From contig DF237033.1 in NCBI GenBank assembly GCA_000708835.1, positions 159,051-223,050 of the forward strand: a stretch of 64,000 nucleotides of DNA, read 5' to 3'. Positions within the stretch are counted from its first letter, which is position 1; the number at the start of each line of letters is the position of its first letter. The position numbers and the translations under genes were made by a program. Below are positions 39,601 to 51,242 of this stretch, one piece after another. The notes under the pieces were generated by a model. That model worked only from the letters and a program-made list of their open reading frames with translations, was not told the origin of the DNA and did not search any database. Origin of the DNA: Klebsormidium nitens (lineage: Eukaryota > Plantae > Klebsormidiophyceae).

Positions 39601-42600
39601 TCCCGACTGGACTTTCTTTTGAGTGAAGAGATACTGAAGCTTCCCGCTGCAAGAAGGAGTCGGTCAACCTAGCATCCACTTGAATAGTCTACCATTCCCG
39701 ATTCCGGCATGCCTCTTTGTTGAGCGGAGAAATAATACAGCTCCCCCGATGCAATAGGAGCCAGTCGAATCAGCACGAAGTCACGGCGGTCTTCAACTGA
39801 AGCGTGTGTCGATATCAGGAGGGTCCACTTCAAACATGTGGTGACCAGCAGTGGGGGAACTAAAGTTCCGACTGGACTCTGTGTTGAGTTGAAAGATGAG
39901 GAAGTTCTTCGCTGCGAAAGCAGAAAAGTCAGATTGGGCAATCAGTCGCGATTGAGTCGGAATACTTTTTGATGTCGAAGAGGTCCACATCGGCGAGTAA
40001 TTAGCAAGTGGTACGTGTCCGAAAGGATGCGGCCTGAATCTTCTTGAGAGGAGAGATGACTCGCTCTCGCGAGGAAACAGACATAAGGTAAGAAATCTGA
40101 ACGGGAAAGGCCTACAATTTGTTTCAAACAAACAGCAAGCGGCCAGACGAATATTAGTTGGCCAGACTCACATACGAGGTTGGCTCGCACGTAGCCCGAC
40201 TCCAGTGGGCAGTCCTTATGGATCGTGGACCGGAAGAGGATGACTGCAAGAAACAAGACTCGCTGTCAGTCGTGGAACATTTGGCTCTTATAAAAGCTTG
40301 AAATTTGCCGCTCCCCTGTTCCAGATCGTTTTCTCAATCACGGAGTCCGCATTGGCTTCACCTCTCAGATAACATTCCAAGTCCAGCATTGCCACGTGGC
40401 TTTATATAGGCAGCTCTTCCATCTGAATCTTAAGGCTTGGCTTTTAACAACTGTATGAGTCCTAAGCACGGTTACGTCTTGATAGCATTGAGAAATTGGA
40501 AGGCCTTTGTGAGACATTCGGGCATGGCAGCTTTTGCAGCCAGATGGAGCTTACCCCAAAATCGAAGCACCTTTTGTCAGGACGATGTTGGAGTTTGGAA
40601 CGACTCTTAGACCAATCTCCGACATACATGGCCCATATCGACGTGTCATCAAGCAGTAACTAGACAACCTGGGTGCCAACAGATTATAAAGCCAAAGCAA
40701 ACGTCTACCCAACGAACTAGCCAACTTGCATGAGGAAAAAGAAACAATGATGAGTCAGTACGATTGCACGCTCACCATACGCCCCCGACTCCTCGCGCAT
40801 CCAGTACCGCGCCATGCACAGATCACGTGGCCATACCAGCCTGTGAACACGTTAGACGAGTGACGTCACAATGACGCAGCTTCATGATCTCAGGCAGCCG
40901 GTCACGATGTCAAAATAAGAGGGAGTAGCGGGAGGAGCGATGAAAGGGCGGAAGCGAGCAGCAGAAGTCGAAGGCCGTAACCGAACAAATCAAGGTCTCA
41001 ATTCTCTACAACGCGGAGTCCTTAAACAGCAGTTTCCAGACCCTGGACCCCGAGTGGACCCAATTGTCAATGCCAAGCTTTTTCGTCAAACAGTTTCGCT
41101 GCAACAGCGGTATGTTACAGGCTGCGACTATGCACAGGCGTAGCTTTAAGTGCACGTTGAGCACAACGTCGTCCAAGCGATACGTACTAGTCTCAATCTG
41201 ACAAAAAACGGTGCCTGCTGACCTGGGCCAGAGGGGTTTGAATCCTCAATCTCTTCGACCACTGATGACAAAACTTTCAGATAAGGACTCAAGAAGATCT
41301 CGCGCGGGGCACTCGCCAGGGCGGGAAGTCGCAGGGGCGTGACTTGAAGCGATTTGACAAACAGAACCCTCTCAAGCCGGAAGGTACCAATCACAAGTCA
41401 GCAGGGGAGAGTGCGTACTAACTTTGGCCCCGACTGTTTGTTCTGGCGGATCCTTCATGAATCAATCTTTCAGATTAACCTCGAGAACCCTTTGTAGTAG
41501 GGATTGCTCACCACGGCGGGAAGACGGACGGGCGCAGCTTGTGGTGCACGATGTCTGTGTGGCCGTCCTCGCGCTCTACGACGCGGACGTCCGCACAGGT
41601 GTGGTCCCACCTGCAGGCAGAATAGACGTTTGCAGGCGTTCAGATTCAGAATTTTGAGGCTATGCCTTGTTTGTACCTTGTCGAAGTCAGAGATGATCCA
41701 AGGCGAATGGCCGGTTCCTGTGGTTGAATTGTCAGGTTGTCCCCTTTTGACAGGGCTGTAGGTGGTCTAATCAGCACTTTAGAGCAAAGTACACAAGTTT
41801 TTCGTTGGGAACCCGCGCTTTGGGTATCGGCACTTCGAACAGGGACTCTGGAACGAAACTGCAATCCGCACATGTCCAGCGCTCCTGTCAACCTCTCGTT
41901 CCAAGCATTAAGGCCTAAGGGTGCGCGTCGACCAAAAACTTACTTGGCCTCCAGTGTCGCCATTGCAGTACGGACAAGGAGGAACGTTATTTTTCAGGCC
42001 ATAGCACTCCTTTGCTATGTACCTCCGACTACCACGTGGATCTGACAAGCCATCCGCTTCACCAAAAACCCGGAAGGTTTTTTGCAGCTTTTCGGTCGAC
42101 GTGAAGCCTAGAACGAAGGGGAAGTTGGAAATACGACCAAAGTCGGCGGTCGGTTGAGTCCTTACTCGTGTCGCGAGCTACCGACGTCCATCAGCAGCTT
42201 GAAGATCTCGTTGCACGGGGCGTCTACTACGCCCATGGATTTCATCGTCGTGAGGCCAGCGTGCGCGTTGCTGACCTGCATATCAAGGTTCGATCCAATT
42301 CGCAGTTGGAGAAAATATGGTTGGATGATTGTCTGGGGCAGGAGCAGACGAACGTCTGACCAGAAAAAATAAACACTTGCTGACCTGCATATGATTTACT
42401 CCAATTCGCAGTCTGGAGAAGGCATGGGTGATGATTGTCTGGGGCAGGAGCAGACAAACGTCTGACCAGAGAAAGAGAAACACTAGATTTACACCAAATG
42501 CGCAAGAAGTAGATTTTTGTGGCGCCTCCTCGTGCCTCCAATTCACAACAGGCCTAATAGGAGACAAAAGTAGGAAGAACAAAGCCGTCTCCTTGAAATC

Positions 42601-45600
42601 CTAAGAACCCACATGCATCATCTTAAGCGACTGTGCACCATTTTTAGAAAGGTGGGCTGTCCTTACCTTTTCCTCCCGTATTTCTTCGTAGAAACGAAGA
42701 CCTGCAACCGAAGGAAAGAACGGTTTAAAATCAAGCATATCTCCGGCGCAAAGTAAAGTAACAGTCTTTCCAAGGGATGATAGAAGTACCACCAGTTGAA
42801 TTCGCGTGCGAAGCTCGCTACTTTGACACAAATATTGCACTTACCTGGATCAAAAGACCAGGCGGGGCAGATCCTTCACCTTCCGAACAGATACTGAAAT
42901 ACTGCTTCGAAGCTTCAATTTCTACAGCCCCTTTACATACTACCGCCCCTTGTTGTGGGTGACTCAGAAGCAAGTACTCAGTAAATGTTACTTCGGCGCC
43001 TGCCTCGAGCCCTGAAATCAAAACCAAAATGCACCTAACTCCCAAAACCCCAGAGTAAATGGTGAGCCGCATTTTTCGATCATCATCAGGCGCTGGCTCG
43101 GCTCCGGATAACTTCCCGCCACGTCATTCAATCAGTTCCCTGTCAAAGAGCCCCAAAAAAATCAACGGACAACGACGAGGCCAAGTGTCAAAGCTCTGCT
43201 GAGATGAAGAAAGGGGGATTAGTTTCTCAAACCCACCGTTTTCGAGCTCGACCAACCCCCATCGCTGGCTCGGTTCTGAGAGCAGCCCAGCCACGGGGCC
43301 AGCCGCAAACCCTAAACTCTTACTACCTTTCATCCAAAGTTTCAGAAGCCTTTCCAGAATACAAGCCAACTTTCCTCGCAAGACGCCACAGACGGCTCAG
43401 CTCTGAATGGGGCCATGCCACGTCTTATACATGACTGGATTCTGTAACCTAACAGCACAGTCTTGAAACCACCACGAAGGGTATATGAAAATCAAAAATT
43501 CCAGAAAGCGCAGACCTGACTAGCCGCCACCGCTGACTCGGCTCTTGAGTGCAGCCCCGCCACAACATACCCCGAAGTACCTTCTTGAAGAACCTCGAAA
43601 CCTGGGGAAGTACTTCACGAGGCCTAGTATTAAGAATCTACTGCGGTAGATTTCCCCTCCTGGGGGGAGAAAGACAAAGGAAGAAATTCAACCCACCGTT
43701 TTCGAGCCTGACTAGCCGCCACCGCTGGCTTGGCTCCGAGTGCAGCCCCGCCACGTCATACACGGAGGGGCCCGCCGCAAACGCCTGCTTGCGCCGCAGC
43801 TCCATGACGTCAGGAGGGTCGTCGAAGTCCGGCGGAAGTCCGGGAACCTTTGACACTTGGTGCTCCAGGCGCGTGAACGGCTTCCCGCCGGAGTCGAGGA
43901 AGCTGGGTTCGGGGGAGTGCGTCGGGATGTCGTCCATCGACGCGCTGAAAGGATTGCAGAGTGGACTGTATAGATCGGAGTTTACTTAACTCGTCCATTG
44001 AATGACACAAGAAGCACGAAACTGGTTCCCTTGAAGAGTTGGCGGTCCAGGCTCGTGAACGGCTGTCCGCCAGCTTCGTGGAAGTGGGCTCAAGGGAGTG
44101 GATCGGGAGGTCGTTCATTGACGCCCTGAATGGAAACTGTAGTGGCTTGTTTTCAGTTCGACATCCTTTTAATACGTCCATCGAATCACAGAGAAAGTGC
44201 GGAATATCCGCTGATGTACCGGTTTCTCTGAAGACTTGCTGCTCCCGGCGGGGTCAACTGCTTTCCGCCGATGGAGGAAGCTGGGTTCGGGGGAGTGGGT
44301 CGGAATGTCGTCCATCGATGCCCTGAATAAAGAGGGTGTTGAATTGTTCCAGCTCGATCCTTAATAACCAAGCTATCGCAGGTAATCAGTCGGGAAGTCT
44401 GGTTCTCTTGAGGATTTGGTGCTCCAGGCGAATGGACGGCTTCCCATCGACGCCCTGGGAGAGAGAGTCTTTCGAAGCTTCAGCTCAAAGCTTATGTGCG
44501 ATATGTTATGTGTAGGACAAGACATCTTCCAACGTCTTCTTGAAGTCTTGGTCACCAGGCGCGTGAAACGCTCACCACAGGAAAAGGCTACCGCCTTGTT
44601 GAGAAAGATCGGCTCGAAGGAGTTGGTCGGGAGCTCCTTATTCCAAAAGCTGCCTTCTGTGATTCCAGAGTTTGTGCTTTCTTACTGAGAGTCATCAGTG
44701 TACTCAGGTGAAGGAAGGCATGAACAGGGCTTTCGGAACGAAGTTGGCTCTCTCTCGGCCTAAAAGCGTTCTGTTGTGATCCCAATCGTCAGGCCAGAAT
44801 GGGTAAATAAGAACCACAGCAAACAAGGTGGTAAAACAAAACAGCATACGTAGATACAAGAATTACCCAGTTCGTTGTAAGCAAAACCTTTAAACCGAAC
44901 AGCAGCAAACAACTCTCTGAACGAAAGTCTGCTTGGCAGCTTACGTGCGTCTGTGTTGCTGCGCGGCTCCGGTGTCGGACCCAGACTTCCGCTTGCCGGG
45001 CAAATCCTCGGGGAAAAACGTGCTGCCAAATACTCAAACCCCAAGAAAGAATGAAACAACTTGAAAGGAGAATGTCACAGGATCTGATCAGACTTTCTAC
45101 TCACGTGCGCCGGTGTTGCTGCGCGGCTTCGGTGTCGGACCCAAACTTCCGCTTGCCAGGCAAGTCCACGTCATCCTCGTTGTGCTATTGGGTTACCCGA
45201 TTCGTCGTAAGCAGAAACTTTCTCCAAAGAGCAGCAAAAAAGTGACGGACAGGAAAGTTGCTTGGCAACTTACGTGCGCCGATGTCTCTGGGCCGCTTCG
45301 GTGTCGGACCCATACTTCCGCTTGCCGGGCAAGTCGTCCCCGTCGTCCTCATCCGACAGCGTGTTCGACAGCGTGCTGCTGCTCAGGCCCAGGCTGCGGC
45401 CGTATGGCAAGTGTATCCGCATCGAGTTGCCGGGGGGCTGTAGGAGTGGTGAGAGTAGGCACATGGTCAGTCCGAAGAATTTCCAGCTCAGTTGATTCGA
45501 TGCTCTGTCCCAGGCTGCGGCAGGTGTATCCGCATCGGGTGAGAATAGGCACACGATCAGTTTCGGTATCTTGGGCTTCGTCGGCTATTGACCATGTTGA

Positions 45601-48376
45601 GACCGAACGGCAAGTGTATCGCATCGAGTTGCCAGGTGGCTGTAAATGAGTGGTGAGAAGAGGCACCCGGTTATCCTGCGGTCCGGATACTCTCAGCATC
45701 TTTGGTATGCTTGATCTGCGCGTTGACTAGTAAGGGAATGCACTTGCGTACAGAGAGGTGGGAAAAGCACATGATTGATTACAATGTTCTCAGTTTCATT
45801 ACATTATTGCCCTGTCCCAGGCTGTGACCGATGAGCAGGTAAGTCGCATCGAATTGCAGGGGGCTGTCAGAGAATGGTGGGAACACGCACATGGTCAGTC
45901 CGAAATCGAATCATCGTAAGGAACTATCTTTTCTTATACAGACGAGATCAACCACGACACAAGAACAGCGAGCATGACAGGAACAGGGAATGAGCAAACG
46001 GGGCAAACGGCACACCTCTATGATCCGGTCCTTCAGTGCCTGGTACCACTGCTCAACGTCCTCCGGGTCCCTCCCGCCCAACTGCGGGTTAGAAAACGGG
46101 GTGTCAGATCCGAAGGCACAGTAGCGCCTCACGTCTACGGTTAGCAATTGAACAATATGCTTCACGCTTTTAGAGAGGGGTGAACAAGTTTTACGATTAT
46201 CCAACACTTCACGAGACTGGTGGACGGGCATGGCATCGGTTATAGACTCGTTTTATGCAGGAGCTCGAATCTCTTGGACAGCAGATTTTGAAGAAGCAGG
46301 TGGAGCCCCTGTGCACCTACCAGGAGAAGAGCGTTCAGGGCTGTCGATTTCAAATACAGATTTTGAGAGAAAGAGAAGTGCCTGATGCGTGCTCAAATCC
46401 AAAAAAAGTGGTTCCGCAATACTCTCACAGCTTCGGCTAGTCAACTAGATGCCGCGACCCCGTACCTCCTATGAGAGGCTACTCGAGCGTTATCTCCATC
46501 AAAATTGAACGGTTTGAGACGGACAATAGCAGAGCACCTGCTGATACAGAAGCTCGTGAGACGTTCAATTCCAGAAGAATCGAAACGCGGGCTTACCTGT
46601 AAGGGTCTGATCTCCTTCCCATTGGGCCGCAGCCCAAAGTAGAGCTTAAGGCAGAAGATATCCTGCGGAACCAGAAGGTCAACGTCAGGTTCCAAAAGCA
46701 TCAGGAAAACAGGGCGGAGTCCAGTCCTTGAGCGACCGGATAGCCGAAGCTCCGGTCTGGTTGTCGTTCGAGGAGGCACCTGCTGACAGAACCCGCAGTC
46801 ATGCGATCAAAGGTTTGACTTCGGACTTCGGGTGCCGCCAGAGAGCCGCGTTGAGAGACGCCTCCTTGAGAGTCGAATGAATAGTCCGCCGACATTCCAG
46901 GACGGTGAGCCAGAGGAGGTCTTGACCCAAAAACGGCCTAAGCTTTCGCTGAACGGATGAGAGTAGCACGACGGGTGCCGATTCCCTCAAGCTACTATGA
47001 AGCACGAAAGAGGACGAGAAACGAAATGATCGTCTGCACGCTGACCCGAACCAGATGACAAAATTCCATCTTCTACATGACCAGGCTCAACGGCCTTATG
47101 ACTGGCGTTGTCAGTGTTGGTGGCCCGAAGGATGAGGGTAGCTTTTCGTTCTCTTGACCTGACTGAAAGCTGTTCTGTGATCAGTAAGGAACAGGCGTAA
47201 GATCGGAAGGCCTTTGACGAAACGATACGCGTGACGTTTGACAGAAAGAGCGAGAGAAGGACGAAAAGCCAGATTCAACCACACCGACGATGAAGTTCAT
47301 TGCAGTGACGGGGTGAGAAAGAGAGAAGGATGCGCACCTTCCCAGAGGAGTTGTCGATTCCCAGATTGTCGACTCTGCAGTCGTGACCCAGGTACCATAC
47401 TTTCGCCGGAGTCTGCATGGAATCGTTGGAAAGTTCAGAGTGCAAAGAGTGCCAAAACCTTTTGCCAAAGCAACTGTCTCCTTCGCTCCGAGCGAAAACG
47501 CGATGCTTCTTTTCATCTTGAGAAGGACTGCTGGAGTGGAAAGGACAGTGAAGCAGTCCATCGCAGAGACGGGTCCTCGCGTAAGTGCTAATGGCCATGA
47601 TCTTGCCATGATCTTGACAAACTTCGACTATACAGGATTGCTACGGAAACTGAAGGATCATATTGCATTTTACGCACCCGTAGGTACGCCATCAAAATGT
47701 ATTAAAGCAAAGACTGATTTCGCAAATGGAATTAGAATGGACGAATGGATCTCACTGTCGAAGCAAAGGTTTGTATGACATCGAAGAAAGATCGTTTGAC
47801 CTGAGATCAAACCGAATCAAATTAGAACAGTCACTTTCCTCTTAAGCGCGCCACCAGCCAGAGCATAGTGCTCAGAACCAGCAAACCAGAAGTCGCAAGT
47901 TCGAGAACACGCGCAAGAAAAGCAAAGTCTTCGCACCTGGTTGGCTGCAGCAATTCTTGGGAGTAGCACTGCTTCCTGTTTGCCCGACCGGCGGCCGATA
48001 CACAACAGCCGAAGCCAAGCAACCCAAATTGTCTTTACGGGACAATGTAAGGAACCAGAAGCCAAGTCTTCCAACTTGAGGCAAGCCCTGGATAAAGCTG
48101 GGCTGTGTCTCGCGCCCCAACAACAGAACCTAACAGTTGAAAACAAGTAGATGAAGACAACTTCAACTACTTTTCAAAGGCCGTAAAGATGGAAATGTTG
48201 AAGCAAAAGCGGAGTCTTCGCACCTGGTTGGACTGGGGAAGGCCCCGGAAGTAGCACAGCTGGTGTCCGTTGAGCATGAAGTAGCGCTTGTGCCACTGGA
48301 ACGAGGACCAGCTGTGGCGCCCCAGTTTGTACAACCAGCCCTGCCGGCTTTCTGACATCAGCGACGGAGACACCAT
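24654..48376 (-). CDS. EDR2: EDR2-like PH-START-DUF1336 lipid-binding protein, 18 exons, about 840 aa
   Basis: Exons 48224-48376, 47338-47412, 46597-46662, 46016-46081, 45274-45437, 43697-43944, 42667-42701, 42166-42275, 41512-41610, 40776-40840, 40172-40243, 38662-38826, 29208-29332, 28128-28245, 27160-27488, 26434-26604, 25330-25671 and 24654-24773 are all GT-AG and phase-compatible (2523 nt). PH: QGWLYKLGRH..WHKRYFML. START: WRLVRLENGLRFYEE, GVVDAPCNEIF, WPRDLCMARYW, GYVRA, MRVAGIRELF. DUF1336: FRNSRFKLIP, YLEIDIDIGSS, DMAFLVQGSTEDELPE. Confidence 0.92.
25672..26000 (-). repeat. Echo copies of EDR2 exon-17 acceptor
   Basis: 49 nt identical between 25626-25674 and 25757-25805 (offset 131), with intact CAG|GTC. 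Weaker copies at about 25870-25900 and 25960-26000. Confidence 0.9.
28246..29207 (-). repeat. Echo copies of EDR2 exon-14 acceptor and exon-13 3' end
   Basis: About 28340-28420 copies CAG|ATACCC..CGAAGCGCC(T/C)TCTTCTCC. About 28820-28880 and 29000-29060 copy GAGCCCGCCGTCAT(T/C)GTGGCGCC(G/A)GAAACG; spacing about 190 bp. Confidence 0.8.
34870..36140. repeat. Old duplication with about 960-bp offset inside the 9.3-kb EDR2 intron
   Basis: AGGGCAGTCTGAAGC at 34892 and 35855; CTC(A/G)TCCTCACCACA at 35131 and 36087. A third partial match (CACTTTCTCG..ATCAT) lies near 37550-37575. Confidence 0.6.
38340..38661 (-). repeat. Echo copies of EDR2 exon-12 donor
   Basis: Minus CCTTCCACCTCCCACTGCTGATGCGTGTCGCAG|GTGAGCTGACGTC (about 38508-38550) versus true CCTTCCACCTCCCGATGCTGATGCGAGTTGCAG|GTGAGCTGACGTCA; a weaker copy at about 38345-38420. 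Confidence 0.85.
38827..39920 (-). repeat. Seven-unit echo array of EDR2 exon-12 acceptor, period about 161-169 bp
   Basis: Acceptor copies at 38996, 39161, 39323, 39486, 39647, about 39749 (AG lost) and 39912 versus true 38827. Each carries up to about 70 nt of exon start (ATCATCTCTCC..GGAGTCCAGTCG..GACGCCCCA..TCTGGTGAT). Confidence 0.93.
43200..44470 (-). repeat. Echo arrays on both sides of EDR2 exon 6
   Basis: Acceptor copies at 44126, 44323 and 44455 (true 43945). Donor-side copies at about 43230-43300 (intact CTCGAAAACG|GTGGG), 43385-43430 and 43520-43570. Confidence 0.85.
44930..45900 (-). repeat. Echo arrays on both sides of EDR2 exon 5
   Basis: GTGTCGGACCCA(G/A/T)ACTTCCGCTTGCC at about 44975, 45133 and 45302 (true). 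CGCATCGA(G/A)TTGC..GGGGCTG at 45420 (true), about 45620 and 45845. Confidence 0.85.
47900..48223 (-). repeat. Echo of EDR2 exon-1 donor
   Basis: AGTCTTCGCACCTGGTTGG is identical at about 47926-47944 and 48213-48231; a weaker copy at about 48062-48110. Confidence 0.75.
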
Positions 48377-51242
48377 CTGGAAATTTTGGTAACTCCTTTT
48401 TAAACCCTTAGTATGCCCTCGCTAAACCCTCAACGACCCTCCGCACGCGCCCAGAGCTACCTTCTCCACAACCCTTTGGTTTCCTTCACAAGCCTTGAAG
48501 CTTTCTAGACGAGTAGCGCGGGCGCCGCCGTCATGATCGGCAAAATCCTCACCGCCTGACTTCTCTGTCACCCTTTTGAAAATCGAAAATTTGACCTCTC
48601 AATTGGATGTTCACAGGTTTCTGAGGAGCAGGGCAGAGGGCGCCACCAAAGAGTATACAAGGTACTCCCATTTAGGAGTACCTGCTTAAGGCCAGGGCGC
48701 TTTCACAGCTGTTGGAAGTTCTGGAAAGCCTACAGTGATTGTCGAGCGGCTCTAAGAGAGTCGAACAGCGTGGGTAAGAGGAGCTCCCCTGAAGGTAGTC
48801 TGAGAAAAAGGGCTGCTGTGGGAGTGTTTCGGGCCTGTCTGCAAAGCTTTTGCAAGGTTTGGAACCCTGTAACTGCACTCTTTTACACTAGCTGTCCCTA
48901 GGTGGGGGCCGCTTTAAGTCTACGGTTCTGACCACAGTGCTTTAATGTAGGTCGATTGCTGCTCCAGTCTTTTATAGAGCACCAAACTGTTTTGACTCTC
49001 CCAATTGCGCACAGTAACCACTGTCACGGCACCACCTGGCAGCAGTCGCTTGATCCTATATAATGGCATCGACTTGTAAGCGAGGCCTGCAGAAGGAATG
49101 AAAAGCTTTGTGCAACAGAACAGGTATGTTGGACGTTGGAGAGAGGACTGACATTAAAACACAGTCAGTGATCTATGGATATTCTGTGGCACGTAGATGG
49201 AGTTTGTTTTGTTGAACCTGCACAAGAATGGTCGGTGTGATCCTCCAAATGAACGAAATGCGCATGCTTTGAATAAACTAAAGTACCTAAGCACAAATGA
49301 CGGATCAAACAAACGTGCATTGACATGGGGTCAAAAGAAACTGAAAGGCGTTTGTTGTAAAAAGATCTCTCTGTGGGTAGCTCTATGTGCAGGACAATGA
49401 ACCGTGTCAGCATTGTTTCCTCCGTCCGGTTCGATTGTGGTGTGTATATGCCGTGCATTTAAACCTACATTGGTGCAAAGCCTGAGTGCTGAACCTTTCA
49501 GGTTGCAGAGAAGACTTTACCTGAGTTGCCTGGACCCCTCTAAGCTGATTGGTTACATTTGTTTATTCCTAGCTGGGGGACATGTTAGCCACGTGCAGAA
49601 GAAGAGGGTAAAAGGGGGCAGTCAGTGGAGCAGACTTTGGAAAAAAAAGTGGTCCATTATTCCGCCGAGTCTTGAGGCCATGTTTTACAATAGCTGGACT
49701 GGCAGAAGCGTTTGACTGACCAAAAATTAGACAGTAATTGCAGGTACGGAAGTAAGAGACCGTGTCTGCAAGCGCAATCTGGCCCAGGCCAAATCTGATG
49801 AACAAATGTAGCTCCTTTGTTTCAAATTCCACTTGTGCTTCAACAATCCAAGCACGCAAGCAGACAGCAGAGAAAATATCACACTTATCATTGGAGAACG
49901 ATCTGGTAAAACCTTAAAAGTTATACCGAACATGCATGAACAGGCATACACAAGATATAGTAGTGCTTCCTAGCATTGCGGCTTCTTTACTTTGTCTCAA
50001 ACAAACTTCCTTCAATATAGATTCCAAAATTCCAAATGGAGTATTGAGTAAATGCGTTCGCACACTTGCTGATGCAAAACAGCTTACCTCTTTTCTGGAT
50101 TTTTGCACATCCACAAACTCATGACCAGGTCCTCCCCCAGCTTTTCCGAGTGTCGCCAGGATCAAAAAGTATTAAAGGCAACAGAATGCTGCAAGCTTTT
50201 ATGCAGAGCTTTGAATGTGGTGCTCGGACACAACCCGCACCATCCTGATGTGGATTGAAGGCCTAAAGAACCGCACCCTATCGGGCTAATGTAAGCTAGC
50301 GCTTGAACTTGAAGATTACAGACGTCCCTGATGCCATTGCGCTGTTTGGAGCAGCTAAAGAAGCTCAGCGGGGCACCATTGCAATGACATCAGCATGATG
50401 TGGTACATGCGCGCCAATTCCACAAACTCCAGCTCAGACTTTGCTGACGGGGGGGATGATTTCGGGCAAAACTGTCCCATTGCTTTTGTGCGTTTGCTAT
50501 GTTGAAACTTGAGCGCCATGCTGACGGTTATCAGAAAGAGTGCTCAGTCTAGATCCTTGATGTCATACGTGGCAAGCATCGAGCTGGCAGGCCGCAGTGG
50601 AAGCCAACAACTCTGGAAGTCATATGCAAGTGGATTCGTCGTAAGTTCCGAGGTCAGAAAGCGACGTGGCATTTGTTGCACGTACTTCTTGACGTGGCGA
50701 TGATGTTTCCAGATGCACTCTTCATAATGGGATCCCCCTGCATGGCCAAGCCCAGGGCCAGGGCCACAGACTTTGAAACTGTTCAGTCTACAGCTTCAGC
50801 TGGGGCGCAGAGGACGACGTCACCACATCTGTGTGTCAGTCCATGGAAGGCAGCTGAAGACGACAAGTTATAAGTGGCAGAAACTGCTAAGTGGCAGAAA
50901 CTGCGCAGTTCTCCCTGTAAGCGTTGAATGTTTCTACGCAACTGTGCTAGCAGAGGGTGGAAGCGCTGCAGGCTGGCGCGAAGCCCCTTTATCAACATCA
51001 AACGTACGGAGGCACTCGCTTGCATTTGTTTCCGGAGTTGCTCAGAAAGAACTGCAAGCCTCACAGATCGTTACAGCCGGACAGACCAGCAATAACAACA
51101 GCGCTATAGCAAGAGCAAAGTCAGAAGCTGGAAACGCGAAGACCCTGGGCAGATACAGACAAGAGAACAGTCCGAATAACCCCAAATTTGAGATCTGCCG
51201 CCAGTCCTGTTGCGTCTTTATAGACCGTCAACTGCTGTAAGC

